64,000 bases of DNA. Source: an uncultured bacterium (GTDB lineage: Bacteria > Desulfobacterota_D > UBA1144 > Nemesobacterales > UBA2774). Where the stretch lies: contig CAWGRW010000010.1 in NCBI GenBank assembly GCA_963825135.1, forward strand, positions 96,001 through 160,000, given 5' to 3'. Every line of letters begins with the position of its first letter. Position 1 is the stretch's first letter. The position numbers were made by a program, and so were the translations under genes. The notes beneath the pieces are model-generated. The model saw only the letters and a list, made by a program, of their open reading frames with translations. It made no database searches and was not told where the DNA came from. Shown piece by piece: positions 31,896 through 42,294 of this stretch.

Positions 31896-32114
31896 TCACT
31901 TAAAGAGGCTCTCGTAGTCCTCCTCTTCCGAAGCCCCGTCTCCGGCGGCCTCGGTAAGCCCCACCCTGAACGGTATCGCCTTCAGCGACAGCGCCTTCCT
32001 GATGAAGAGCCTCACCGCGCCCGACGGGGTCATCCCCAGGCCGGATACCAGCCTCTCGAACTCCCTCTTTTCCCCCTCGTCTATCCTGATGTATAAGGTA
32101 GAGTCCTTTCCCAT
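31896..32114 (-). CDS. RelB/DinJ-family antitoxin (no adjacent toxin)
   Basis: LYIRIDEGEKREFERLVSGLGMTPSGAVRLFIRKA...IPF (RHH, RelB/DinJ pattern); GGAGG RBS. Confidence 0.8.
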   Translation of the reverse strand: MGKDSTLYIRIDEGEKREFERLVSGLGMTPSGAVRLFIRKALSLKAIPFRVGLTEAAGDGASEEEDYESLFK

Positions 32115-32141
32115 ATCATCCTCCTTCCCTCTTCCGGACTC

Positions 32142-32186
32142 ATTATAATACAATGTACTATATTTGTCCATACATTGTATTATAAT
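32142..32186. promoter_or_regulatory. Perfect 16-bp inverted repeat, likely autoregulatory operator
   Basis: ATTATAATACAATGTA-13bp-TACATTGTATTATAAT directly upstream of the RelB-like gene. Confidence 0.7.
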
Positions 32187-32236
32187 ACTTTTGTCTCTAT
32201 TCAGAGGCATCCGCCAATCCCATCTGTTCTTTGAAT

Positions 32237-33103
32237 CTCCTCTCCCCCTGTGGGAGAGGATCAAGGTGAGGGGGTACCTCAATATTTTTGTCATTGCAAC
32301 GGTTCTGATGAATAAGAAGAACCGGCCGCTGCTGGCTGATTGCATTCAAGTTGCTGCGCCCTGGGACGAACCTGCCAAATAAAATCTGCGAAGCAGCGCG
32401 GCAATCTCGTCTTTTGAAATTAATTCCCCTCCCCCTCAATAGGAGGGGAGGGTCAAGGGTGGGGGTGTACCTCATTTTTGTCATTGCAACGGTTCTGATG
32501 AATAAGAAGAACCGGTCGCTGCTGGCTGATTGCATTCAAGTTGCTGTGCCATGGGACGAACCTGCCAAATAAAATCCGCAAAGCAGCGCGGCAATCTATT
32601 TTTTCTTATCTTCCCGACATTACAGAATTTGCGGCGGGTGAGCACCCGCATATTTATTCCCCTCCCCCCTTCCAAAGTGGGGGAGGGTCAGGGTGGGGGG
32701 TTTACCTTATCACTCCTATCAAACAGAAAGTCTTTCTCTTTCCCGACATTACAGAATTTGCGTTAAGAAAATCGATTGTACGAGCGTTAAGAATCTTACG
32801 CGGGGTGGGGTTGAATTGGAAGATTTAGCGAGTACATGAGATTTTTAGCAAATTATGTAGTCGGATGATTTTTGCTTCTTTGTATCCAGACAAAGAAGAA
32901 AATAATATTGTCTTTGCTTTTCATAATCCAAACTACGTGTGTGATTTTTGCTTCTTTTCATCAAGGAAAAGAAGGATAAAAAAAACAGCCTTTCACCTTT
33001 CCTTTGTCTTTTCATTATCTTTTCATAGACCACTTTAGGTGCACGGTGTTTTCATAATCCACACTACGTGTGTCTTTTCATCGAGGAAGAGAAGAAATAA
33101 TAT
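32237..33103 (+). repeat. Composite intergenic repeat block (divergent gene pair)
   Basis: Tandem ~190-bp unit with insert, then core. Confidence 0.9.
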
Positions 33104-33264
33104 TCGCCATTTCTATGCCTTTATGAAATTGCAGCGCCCAGTCGCAACCCGTTAATCCACTGTCCCCCCGCTATCTTTTTCCCCCTCATGTGTTATATAA
33201 ATTCCCTTGCGCGGGCTGCGGATAAACGGGCTCGCGAATCAAACCGGCACTCTGCGGGGGACTG

Positions 33265-34623
33265 ATGGCACTCCTATCGAGGATTAGCAGGCGGCTCGAC
33301 AACCCGGCCGAGGACATCTCAGCCGGAAGCGGCGCTATCGGGTTCCTGGGCGCGTTCTCCATCGGCATCGGCGGCATAGTCGGCGGCGGGATATTCGCCA
33401 CTCTAGGCCTCGCCACGGTGGAGTCCAGGGGCGCGACGTTCCTCTCGTTCCTCATCGGCGGCATAGTCGCGCTTCTCACCGCGTACTCCTACGTAAAACT
33501 CTCCCTCGCCTACCCTAGCAAGGGCGGCACGGTCACCTTCCTTAACAAGGCGTTCGGCCCCGGGTTCGTCACGGGCTCGCTCAATACACTCCTCGTCATG
33601 AGCTACGTCGTGCTCCTCTCGGTCTACGCTTACGCATTCGCCAATTACGCGGCAGCCACGTTCTTCCCCCACGGCGAATACGCCCGCTGGCACAGGGTGC
33701 TCGTCTCGGCGGTCGTGGTCGCGCTCGCTCTGGTGAATTTCGCCGGACCCGCGCTCGTCGAAAGGTCTGAGGGGTTCTTCAACCTTAGCAAGCTCCTCAT
33801 ACTCTTCGTCTTCGTGGTGCTCGGTCTCCAGGGAAGCGGACTCACGTTCGAGCGCATGGCGCCCTCGGAATGGGTCCCGGCCCCGGAAATCGTTGCGGCC
33901 GGAATGCTGGTATTCCTGAGCTACGAGGGGTTCGAGCTCATCGCGAACGTCTCCGACCAGGTGAGGGACAGGGAGAGGAACCTGCCGCTCGCCTACTACG
34001 GCTCGGTCGCGACGGCGCTCGTGTTCTATGTCCTGATAATAGTCGTAGTGCTCGGACACATGAGCTTCAGCGCGGTCGCGGACTCCAGCAATTACACGCT
34101 CTCGGCGGCGGCCGAGCTGTTCATGGGGAGATCCGGGTTCGTGCTCCTCGCGATAGGGGCCATACTGGCGACCGCGTCCGCCATTAACGCCGGGCTATTC
34201 GGCGCGGCGAAGCTGCCGCTTATGCTCGCCAGGGTGAACGAGGCCCCGCCCATATACCTCCGCGAGTACAGGGGCAGGCATCCCGCGGGACTCGTCGTCA
34301 TCTCGATACTCGTCCTCCTGATAGTGAACTTCCTCGACCTCCACTCCCTCTCGGCCGCGGCGAGCACGGGGTTCATCGTCATATTCCTCACGGTCAATCT
34401 GGCGAACGCCAGGCTCGCCCGGGTGACGGGCGGCAGCAGGCGTGTATCGCTCATAGCCGCCGCGGTGTGTTTCGTCGCACTCGCGGTAATGATCGCGCAG
34501 ACGGCCTGGACCCCGGCCAACAGGAAGGACCTCTGGTTCATCGGCGGCCTCATGGTCCTCCCGCTAATCTACCAGACCGTATACCGCGGCGTCGGATACC
34601 TCCGCAGAACTCACGGCGGGTGA
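33265..34623 (+). CDS. APC-family amino acid permease
   Basis: GGIVGGGIF, YPSKGG, FLSYEGFE, ~12 TM helices. Confidence 0.9.
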   Translation: MALLSRISRRLDNPAEDISAGSGAIGFLGAFSIGIGGIVGGGIFATLGLATVESRGATFLSFLIGGIVALLTAYSYVKLSLAYPSKGGTVTFLNKAFGPGFVTGSLNTLLVMSYVVLLSVYAYAFANYAAATFFPHGEYARWHRVLVSAVVVALALVNFAGPALVERSEGFFNLSKLLILFVFVVLGLQGSGLTFERMAPSEWVPAPEIVAAGMLVFLSYEGFELIANVSDQVRDRERNLPLAYYGSVATALVFYVLIIVVVLGHMSFSAVADSSNYTLSAAAELFMGRSGFVLLAIGAILATASAINAGLFGAAKLPLMLARVNEAPPIYLREYRGRHPAGLVVISILVLLIVNFLDLHSLSAAASTGFIVIFLTVNLANARLARVTGGSRRVSLIAAAVCFVALAVMIAQTAWTPANRKDLWFIGGLMVLPLIYQTVYRGVGYLRRTHGG

Positions 34624-35162
34624 GCACCCGCGGGCATACGATCTCCAACATCCCCCCTCAGCTCAACCCAACCCGTTCGTCCTGAGCGCACACGAAGTGT
34701 GCTGTCGAAGGGTTTCTTCCTTTCAATTTCCCCCTTAGAAAAGAGGGGAGACAAATCCGAACGTGTGAGGAATTGGTTGGAGTTTGGTGATAGCAAAGAA
34801 GTCGCTTAATTGAAGCGGCAAATGTTATTAAAACCAAATTAAGGGGGATTTAGTTTTTTCTTCTTTCCCGACATTACAGAATTTGCGTCAAGCAAAATCG
34901 AGTTGTACGAGCGTTATGAAGTAGCGCAGCGCAATCTCGTCTTTCTGCAGACGTCGAGATTGTGGGGTTGAATTGGAAGATTTAGCGAGTACATGAGATT
35001 TTTAGCAAATTATGTAGTCGGATGATTTTTGCTTCTTTTCATCAAGGAAAAGAAGGATAAAAAAACGTCCTTTCACTTTTCATAGACCACTTTAGCGCAC
35101 GGTGTTTTCATCAACACGTGTGTCTTTTCTTTGCCTTTTCTTTCCGAAATCGAGAAGCCCGG
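34614..35162 (+). repeat. Composite intergenic repeat block
   Basis: Overlaps the permease stop codon; one insert, one noisy core. Confidence 0.88.
34750..34838 (+). mobile_element. ~89-bp insert subtype H in the TCCCCCTTAGAAAA.AGGGG repeat
   Basis: Empty sites at 11940-11975 and 27762-27797. Confidence 0.7.
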
Positions 35163-35307
35163 ACTCCATCCTCGAACCCATACATCGAGCGCCCGCAAAA
35201 AAAAACTCCCCGTCCCGCCGTTTCCGGCGGAGCGGGGAGCGCTCTTTTCAAAATAAATCAATCAGCTATTCACGGGCGGTATCCGCCCGCGCCCTGCGAG
35301 TCAACCC

Positions 35308-35826
35308 TTACTGCCCCTGTATGCAGTACGCGCGCACTTCGACCATGAGACAGTTGTCGGGAGACCCCGCGCCTTCCTTCCTGAAAACGGAGACCTTCCA
35401 TCCGTTCCATCCGCTCGGGTTCATGTTGTCGGCTACGCTCGATGTTACCCTCACCTCTTTCATGTCTATGGTCGAGTCCTCGGGCATGACCGTATAACCG
35501 CCGCCTATCGCGAAGGACCCGGCCGGACAGGTCGCCCTGAAATCGAGCGCCCTTCCCGCGAGCATGCTCACCTGCTGGCTCTCGGACACTTCCGACACAG
35601 AAACGCCGCTCGCCTTCACGGTCTCCACGTTGACGACCATGGGCTGGCACTTCTTCGAGCAGGAGATACCCTCCTGCGACGAGCACGGCGAAGCCGGGGC
35701 CGGAGCGACGGGTGCGGGCTGCGGATAAACGGGCTGCGCGAAAACGCTCCCCGTCCCGATCGCCAGTAAAAACGCGCCGAAAATCGCCCCAACGATTAAT
35801 TCGTTCAATGTTCTGCTGCTCTCCAT
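35308..35826 (-). CDS. Hypothetical exported protein
   Basis: Signal peptide, Pro-rich linker, ATCPAGSFAIGGGY...VRAYC motif; GGAGG RBS. Confidence 0.7.
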   Translation of the reverse strand: MESSRTLNELIVGAIFGAFLLAIGTGSVFAQPVYPQPAPVAPAPASPCSSQEGISCSKKCQPMVVNVETVKASGVSVSEVSESQQVSMLAGRALDFRATCPAGSFAIGGGYTVMPEDSTIDMKEVRVTSSVADNMNPSGWNGWKVSVFRKEGAGSPDNCLMVEVRAYCIQGQ

Positions 35827-36036
35827 GATTTAATTCCTCCCTTGAATGGATTTGATAACTCCCCTTGCTCGCACGATATTACTATATTATCCGGCGCGAT
35901 TCAACACTCCCCCGATAATCCCCTCCGCCCCCTGTTTTACCGCTCGCGGGCGCAGTAATTTTATATCTCAATACAGTATATCGAGTATATATTTACTGCC
36001 CGCGGCGCCGCGAGCGTCGAGCGGCCGCCGCCAAAT

Positions 36037-36072
36037 AAAAAGGCCCCTTCCCCCGAAACGGGGGAAGAGGCC
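36037..36072 (-). terminator. Intrinsic terminator family downstream of IPTL-CTERM genes (also ~50327, 54337, 58496, 59936, 60693)
   Basis: On the minus strand a GC stem followed by a T run, ~60-140 bp after the stop codons. Confidence 0.75.
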
Positions 36073-36213
36073 CAATTAATCTTTTTCCGGTCACCCTGAA
36101 CCGGTTTCAGGGTCTCTTTTTTATTCCGTCATTGCGAGCGAAGCGCGGCAATCTCATCTTTTCCTTTCTTAAACCCGTTCGCCCTGAGCTCGTCGAAGGG
36201 TCGAAGGATGTGT

Positions 36214-36750
36214 TTAAACACCCGCCGCAGATCTCTTCCGTCTCACCGCGAAGAACACGCCGATCAGACCAAGCCCGGCCGCAGCCGAGATCGTCCCCCA
36301 CTCGGAGAGCGTCGGTATCTTGTCCGCGGATATCCTGTTAACGAAGACGCACCCGGCTCCGGAAATTTGTCCGCTCGGCTCGACGCAATGGAAAGTTACG
36401 CTGTCCTCGGTCTTCTCAATATCGACGCCGACCCCCTCGAAACACCCAATCTCCTCAATCGTCCACCCTTCCTGCGGAAGCTCCGTGAAGCTTACAGTGC
36501 CCCCGGCGCCTACGAACACGAAATCGGGCGGAGACACTTGATTCGACGACACAGTGATTTCGGTTTCGACCCCGTTCACATTCTTGATGAATTCAAATGG
36601 TATCTCGGACTCAGTCTGGGGTATCTCTTTAAAAATGAAAAATCCGCAATCACCGTCCGGGATGGATGGAGCCCCCGCCTGCGCGGTCATGCCCGTAAAA
36701 CCGGAAAGCACCAAAGATAAAAGAAATAGACGTATAGCTCGTGTAACCAT
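36214..36750 (-). CDS. IPTL-CTERM surface protein
   Basis: Signal peptide, 4-Cys beta domain, IPTLSEWG + TM + RRKR. Confidence 0.88.
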   Translation of the reverse strand: MVTRAIRLFLLSLVLSGFTGMTAQAGAPSIPDGDCGFFIFKEIPQTESEIPFEFIKNVNGVETEITVSSNQVSPPDFVFVGAGGTVSFTELPQEGWTIEEIGCFEGVGVDIEKTEDSVTFHCVEPSGQISGAGCVFVNRISADKIPTLSEWGTISAAAGLGLIGVFFAVRRKRSAAGV

Positions 36751-36908
36751 GGTCATCCTCCTACGGATATTCACTGAGCTTATTGTACAACTTTATATGA
36801 ATTTTAACAATAGTTATAGAAGATACAGAGCCGCTTCGAGGTATACGCGAATCCCGGTCCCCCGGCCGCGCTTTCGCCTTCCGTTCGGGCGCGTGTATAA
36901 TGTCCCGG

Positions 36909-37544
36909 ATGCGAAGCGCGTTCATATCTGCGGCCCTCGTTCTCGCTGCATTCGTCCTCACCGCCTCGGGCGGAGAACCCGCGGCGCGCCCGTCGGTTTC
37001 CCTCCTCCCCGGCTCCGATACGCCCCGGACGACGCAGTGCCCCGACGGCGCGGCGTATGTCTATAAGGGATATACTATATATGTAACGCAGAGCGCGGAG
37101 TCCCCCGGGCAAGGCATATCCGTCTACGAACCCCCGTCCCCTCCCGCCGATCCGTGCGGCGAGGGCAAGGGCGGCAGGTACTTCTCCATCCCGGCGGGCG
37201 AGTCGGGAGGGACGAACTTCTTCGCGGGCGTCTCGGGAGACTACCTCTTCATAGACCAGGGCACGGGTCCTTCTTTCCGGACGATCAGCATATTCGATAT
37301 GAAGGAGAAGACCTTCCCGCTCCTGGAGATCCGCTACTCGGACGCGAAGATAGAGAACGGAGCGCTGACGTATTACGAATCGAGGGACGAGGTCTCGGGC
37401 GTTCTGGCGAAGATACCCTGCCCGCAGGCGTCCGAATGGAAGAAACAGGGGCTCGATGTCGTATATGAGGAGAAAATGTCGTTCGACCTCAAAACGGGAA
37501 GGGAAATCTCGCTCCGCCAGTTCCGCTGCTCCCCCGCGCAGTAA
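36909..37544 (+). CDS. Hypothetical exported protein (paralog of 56490-57155)
   Basis: Signal peptide; shared motifs SLLPGSD, GE.GG.N.F.G..G.YLFID, IPCP.A..W.K.G..V.Y.EKMS.DL.T. Confidence 0.75.
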   Translation: MRSAFISAALVLAAFVLTASGGEPAARPSVSLLPGSDTPRTTQCPDGAAYVYKGYTIYVTQSAESPGQGISVYEPPSPPADPCGEGKGGRYFSIPAGESGGTNFFAGVSGDYLFIDQGTGPSFRTISIFDMKEKTFPLLEIRYSDAKIENGALTYYESRDEVSGVLAKIPCPQASEWKKQGLDVVYEEKMSFDLKTGREISLRQFRCSPAQ

Positions 37545-38660
37545 CGCGCACGCTCAGCGTGTTCTACGATCCCTTCCAACTCCGCCGCCATTATCGATAA
37601 CCCAAGCCAAACCCGTTCGTGCTGAGCTAGTCGAAGCGTGTGAACTTATTTCCCTCCCCCCATGAGGGGGAACGGATGCGAGCGTGCAAGCATTCGGTCG
37701 CCCTCCGCAAAACGCAAGCAAGCTACTGTGCCATGGGAAGGACATACTATATACAAATCTGCATAGCAGCGCGGCAATCTCGTCTGTTCCTTTAATTCCC
37801 TCTCCCTCGCGGGGGAGAGGGACAGGGTGAGGGGGTACTTTATTATTCTTTTCCTTTCCCGACATTACAGAATTTGCGGCGGGCACACACAATGTGTGCT
37901 TTATGATCCTTCCGAAACTCTTACGCTCAAACCAGCAACGTAGCCAAACCCATTCGTGCTGAGCTTGTCGAAGCACGTTACCGACATTACAGAATTTGTG
38001 TTAAGAAAATCGATTGTACGAGCGTTAAAAATCTTCCACGGGACGAATGCAAGCGCGCGCGCATTCGGACACCCTCTCCTATCCGCGCGACGTTAGTTAG
38101 CCACGGACATCGCTAAACTATCGCTCCGATGGGGCAGAATTGGAAGATTTAGCGAGTACATGAGATTTTTAGCAAATTATGTAGAGTCTTTTCGGAAACC
38201 ACACTACGTGTGTGATTTTTGCTTCTTTTCATCAAGGAAAAGAAGGATAAAAATAAAGCCTTTCACCTTTCTTTTGTCTTTCCGAAAGTTCACACTATGT
38301 GTGTGTCGCGGCTGGAAGCCGCTCCTACAGAGTTTGTCACTGCCAGCAGCGCGAAAAATCTATCTTTTGCCTTTCCTTCCCGACATTACAGAATTTGCGT
38401 TAAGAAAATCGATTGTACGAGCGTTAAGAATCTTCCACGGGGTGGGGTTGAATTGGAAGATTTAGCGAGTACATGAGATTTTTAGCGTAATTCTGTAGTC
38501 GGATGATTTTTGCTTCTTTTCATCAAGGAAAAGAAGGATAAAAATAAGGCCTTTCACCTTTCTTTGCCTTTTCTTTTCGAATGATCACGCTATCTATGTT
38601 CATCAAGGAAAAGAAGGATAAAAAAACAGCCTTTCACCTTTCTTTCGTCTTTCCGTAAGG
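37545..38660 (+). repeat. Composite intergenic repeat block
   Basis: Two cores, two inserts. Confidence 0.9.
37671..37763 (+). mobile_element. ~93-bp chimeric insert (subtype I)
   Basis: Family 5' hairpin; left flank from one repeat family, right part and flank from subtype G. Confidence 0.65.
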
Positions 38661-38698
38661 CGCATTGAAAACGCTGCAATCCCGTCCTGCTTCCCCCC

Positions 38699-39310
38699 TC
38701 ACCTGTAAAGCATAATGGCCGGCGGGACCTTGTTGCTCACGGGATCTATGGTCCGGAGATACGCGTAGATGGATATCAGGTCCGAGTCGGGAAGCTCCGC
38801 GAGCTCCTGCCACGGCATCGGATAGAGGAGCCTCCTGCCGAGCCCCTTGTGCATCCCCTGCCTCATGGTCGCGACGAACTGCGCCTCGGACCACGCACCC
38901 GTGCCGGTCTCGATATCGGGCGTAAGGTTGGCGGAGAATACGAGCGTGTCGTTTGACGCCCATACCGTATTGTCGAGGTTGTCGAGGAACTCCATGAATT
39001 CGTTCGACGTTACGACCATGTCCCCCACGTCGGGTATCTTCTCGTCCTGCGGATGGCCGGACAGGAGCCTCTGCGGATTAGGCATGGGCTTGCCGTCGGG
39101 GCCCTTCAACTCAGGGGTGTGGCAGTAGTTGCACTTCCACTCGTTCACGAGCTCCACCCCCCGCGTGACCTGAGCGGCGGTATAAGATGCCGCGGGGACG
39201 GGAACGGCAGCCTGCTGTGGCGCGTTCTTATTGCACGCGGATACAAGCGCCGCGGACACGACAAGCGCCGCGGCCAGGAATAGTCCGAGTTTCATGTCGA
39301 TTCTTTTCAT
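38699..39310 (-). CDS. c-type cytochrome lipoprotein
   Basis: Lipobox VSAC, CNYCH heme motif, ANLTPD.ETG.G.W, PMPW. Confidence 0.85.
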   Translation of the reverse strand: MKRIDMKLGLFLAAALVVSAALVSACNKNAPQQAAVPVPAASYTAAQVTRGVELVNEWKCNYCHTPELKGPDGKPMPNPQRLLSGHPQDEKIPDVGDMVVTSNEFMEFLDNLDNTVWASNDTLVFSANLTPDIETGTGAWSEAQFVATMRQGMHKGLGRRLLYPMPWQELAELPDSDLISIYAYLRTIDPVSNKVPPAIMLYR

Positions 39311-39605
39311 CTTTGTGACCTCCTGAAAATCACTTTTAATTATGCCGGATTTTTCGGAATTTACTATCGCACACGGACACATAGTGTCATTTTACGGTTC
39401 TTCCGAATCTCCTCCGCCAAACCCGGCAGCCGCGGCAATTTCGTATGTCGGCGAAATAAATGAAACCCGTCCGTCCCGGGCCTGCCGGAGGGTCGAAGGA
39501 TTGAACGGGCGATGTCCCGCTTGGCGGGACCGCCCGTTCGCGCTTTATGTTATTCCCCCCCTCATGTCGCGGGGAGGGGCCGCGGCGCATTAAAAACCGG
39601 TTCCG

Positions 39606-41048
39606 TCACTGCGGGGCATCGCCGGCGGGGGCGTTTCCCTCCGCGTTCCACCAGCCGCCTCCGAGCGCGACGTAGAAAGCAACCGTGTCCTGGAGCCGCT
39701 GCGCTACGGCCTGTATGTAACTGATCCTGGTCTGATAGTACTGATAGTTGGCTATAAGTACCTGCAGATAATCGACGATGCCCGCCTGGTAATTCGCCTG
39801 TATCAGCCTGAGGGCCTCGTCAGCCTGCCGCATCGCCTCCGATTGCGCCTTAAGTATCTCCGCGTCGTGCTCGAGCGCACGGAGCGCATCGGCGACCTGA
39901 GCGAACGCGCCGAGCACGGTCTCACGGTAATCGGCCAGGGATTGATTGTAGCCCTCTATCGCCGCGCGCCGCTGGTACCAGAGCGTGCCGCCGTGAAAGA
40001 TCGGAGCCAGGATACCCGCGCCTATGCTCCAGAAGCTGACCGCGTTTTTGGAGAGGTTTTCAAACGTAGTGCTGTTCACGCCGTAATCGCCGCTCAAGGT
40101 GAAGTTGGGGAACAATGCCGCCGTGGCGACCCCGATCTCCGCGCTTGCGCTATGCAGCCGGGATTCCGAGGCGAGTATATCGGGACGCTGCCTGACGAGG
40201 TCGGAAGGGAGCGACAGGGGCAGGTCCGCGGGCAGCGCGAGGTCGGCTAATTCCACGTCGGGCGGGCTCCACTCGGCGGGCGTCCGCCCGGACAGCGCGG
40301 CGAGCAAATGCTCGGTCTGGCTGAGCTGCTGCTTGAGTATGGGGATGTTCGCTTCCGTCGCGGAGAGCTGGCTCTGCAGGCTGAGCACGTTCGAGTAGGG
40401 GATTATGCCGGCCTGCGCCTGCGCCTCGGCGATCCCGACCTGCTCCTTCTCGTTATCGATCGTCTGCTCCGTCGCCTTTATCTGCTCGCGGTAGGCCGCC
40501 TGGGCGATAACGGCGTTGACTATATTCCCGGAAAGAGTGAGGTATGCGCCCGTGACCGTATAGCGCTCGACGTCCACCTGCGCCTGCAGGCTCTCGACCG
40601 CCCGGCGCTCCCCGCCGAAAACGTCGAGCGCGTAATTGACGGTCCCGGCCAGGGTATAGATATTGAATATGCTCGACGCGGGGTTCCCGCTGAAGCTCAC
40701 GGGGGAAGACTTCAGACGCGAGACGCCGAGAGTCGCATCGGCCTGCGGAAAGAAAACGCCGTAGCCCGCGCGCAGGTTATCCTGGCTCTGACGCAGGCTC
40801 GCCTCGGCCGCCTGGAGGGTCTGGTTATTCGCGAAGGCCTCTTTCATCACGCCGTCCAGCTTCGCGGAATTGAAAAGACGCCACCAGTCGGCGTTGAGCT
40901 TGACGCCCTCGTCGAACCGCTGAGCCCGCCCTTCGGCGGTGATCGTCGCCGAAGGCTGCTCGCCGCTCGTATAGCGGTCCACGGGAGGCGCCTCGGGCTC
41001 TTTGAAATTCGGCCCGACAGCGCAGCCCGCCATGTAGAGCGGATACAT
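39606..41048 (-). CDS. NodT/OprM-type efflux outer-membrane lipoprotein (true start possibly 41155 via a homopolymer frameshift)
   Basis: AGCAVGPNF lipobox, WWRLF, RPDI, ALGGGWW. In-frame hydrophobic codons continue upstream of 41048 without a start codon. Confidence 0.88.
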   Translation of the reverse strand: MYPLYMAGCAVGPNFKEPEAPPVDRYTSGEQPSATITAEGRAQRFDEGVKLNADWWRLFNSAKLDGVMKEAFANNQTLQAAEASLRQSQDNLRAGYGVFFPQADATLGVSRLKSSPVSFSGNPASSIFNIYTLAGTVNYALDVFGGERRAVESLQAQVDVERYTVTGAYLTLSGNIVNAVIAQAAYREQIKATEQTIDNEKEQVGIAEAQAQAGIIPYSNVLSLQSQLSATEANIPILKQQLSQTEHLLAALSGRTPAEWSPPDVELADLALPADLPLSLPSDLVRQRPDILASESRLHSASAEIGVATAALFPNFTLSGDYGVNSTTFENLSKNAVSFWSIGAGILAPIFHGGTLWYQRRAAIEGYNQSLADYRETVLGAFAQVADALRALEHDAEILKAQSEAMRQADEALRLIQANYQAGIVDYLQVLIANYQYYQTRISYIQAVAQRLQDTVAFYVALGGGWWNAEGNAPAGDAPQ

Positions 41049-41193
41049 CAGGCACAGCAGCGCCGACGCCCGCCATATAAAGCTCCCCCGCCGGTTATTG
41101 CGAATCTTATTCCCCCCGCAGCTTCGTCCCCGTGCAGTTTCCGTTTAGAGAGCATAATTTATCCGGCACATCCCCCGAAAATACCGGGCGCTG

Positions 41194-42294
41194 TTATTTG
41201 CCTCCCGTTTCGGGCTCCTCTATATAAACGTCGACGAGCTGCCCGGTATAGAGTTCCACATTCTTGGGCTTCTCGAACCTGAATATCACAGGCAGGACCC
41301 TCACGTCCACCCTTTCCGTCCTCTGGTTCGACAGCTCGATCTTGGGCGTCACGTAAGGCTGGACGCGCACGAATTCGAGCGGGATGCTGATATCCGTCCC
41401 CCTGATAAACATTTTTGCGTTGATCCGGGGCGGAGGAGGAAGCCTGTTAATGAGTATTTCATCGATGTAACAGCGGACGCTTAATTGGGACTGCGCGCCG
41501 CCCATGACGATTACGGGGTTATACCCGCCCGTGTAGGTGTCGTACGTCCCCTGCGCCGACACATAACTGCCGGGGGCGGCATTGATCGATAGGACCACCC
41601 CGTCGACCGGCGCTTTGAGCGTGTACTTCTCGAGGAGCGCGCTTGAGGCCTCATACGCTTTTGAGAGGGATTCGTACTGGCTCTCCTGGTTTTTTATGTC
41701 GTAAACCCATGCCCCCGCCTTCGTGAGGTCGTACTGTTTCCGGGCGACCCCGAGGTTCGCTTTCGCCACCTTCACCGCGTTCTCGGCGTTGTCGAGAGAA
41801 TATTTACTGACGGATTTCGGGTTCAGCTGATACGATTGCTTCTGTTTGTCCAGCTGGTCCTCCAGGTTCTTGAGGCTGGCGCTCGCGTAGTCGACCTGCG
41901 CTTCCGCGACGTCGAGGGTTTCTTTTCTCGGCTGAGCCTTGAGCTCCTGAAGGAGCGCTTTTGCCGATTCCGCCTGGGCTTCCTGCTGCATGGCGAGCGC
42001 TTTCTGGACCGAGTCGTCCATCATGAGCAGCGGTGTCCCCCGGCTGACGGCCTGCCCTTCGGCGACCGGGATCTTCACGACCGTCCCCGGCACCTCTGGG
42101 TATATGTTTACGTTCTCTCCGCTTTCCTGGTAGCTCTCGATTATGCCGCTCGCATAAATCCCTTTCCCGTACGGGTTCGATGCCGGGCTGAATACCGGCG
42201 GCAGCGCCTTTTTCTCCCTGCCGTGGATGTACGCGGTCACGAGTCCGGCCAATATCCCCAGGATCGCAAGCGCGAAAATAATCTTAGTCCTCAC
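41194..42294 (-). CDS. HlyD-family membrane fusion protein
   Basis: N-terminal TM, lipoyl-like halves, coiled coil, LKAPVDGVVL, ERVDVRVL. Confidence 0.9.
   Translation of the reverse strand: MRTKIIFALAILGILAGLVTAYIHGREKKALPPVFSPASNPYGKGIYASGIIESYQESGENVNIYPEVPGTVVKIPVAEGQAVSRGTPLLMMDDSVQKALAMQQEAQAESAKALLQELKAQPRKETLDVAEAQVDYASASLKNLEDQLDKQKQSYQLNPKSVSKYSLDNAENAVKVAKANLGVARKQYDLTKAGAWVYDIKNQESQYESLSKAYEASSALLEKYTLKAPVDGVVLSINAAPGSYVSAQGTYDTYTGGYNPVIVMGGAQSQLSVRCYIDEILINRLPPPPRINAKMFIRGTDISIPLEFVRVQPYVTPKIELSNQRTERVDVRVLPVIFRFEKPKNVELYTGQLVDVYIEEPETGGK

Noticed and set aside
33211..33231. 21-bp match (GCGGGCTGCGGATAAACGGGC) to 35714-35734 inside another gene
   Set aside because: Single short match with no extension; chance or a small relic, and no function can be supported.
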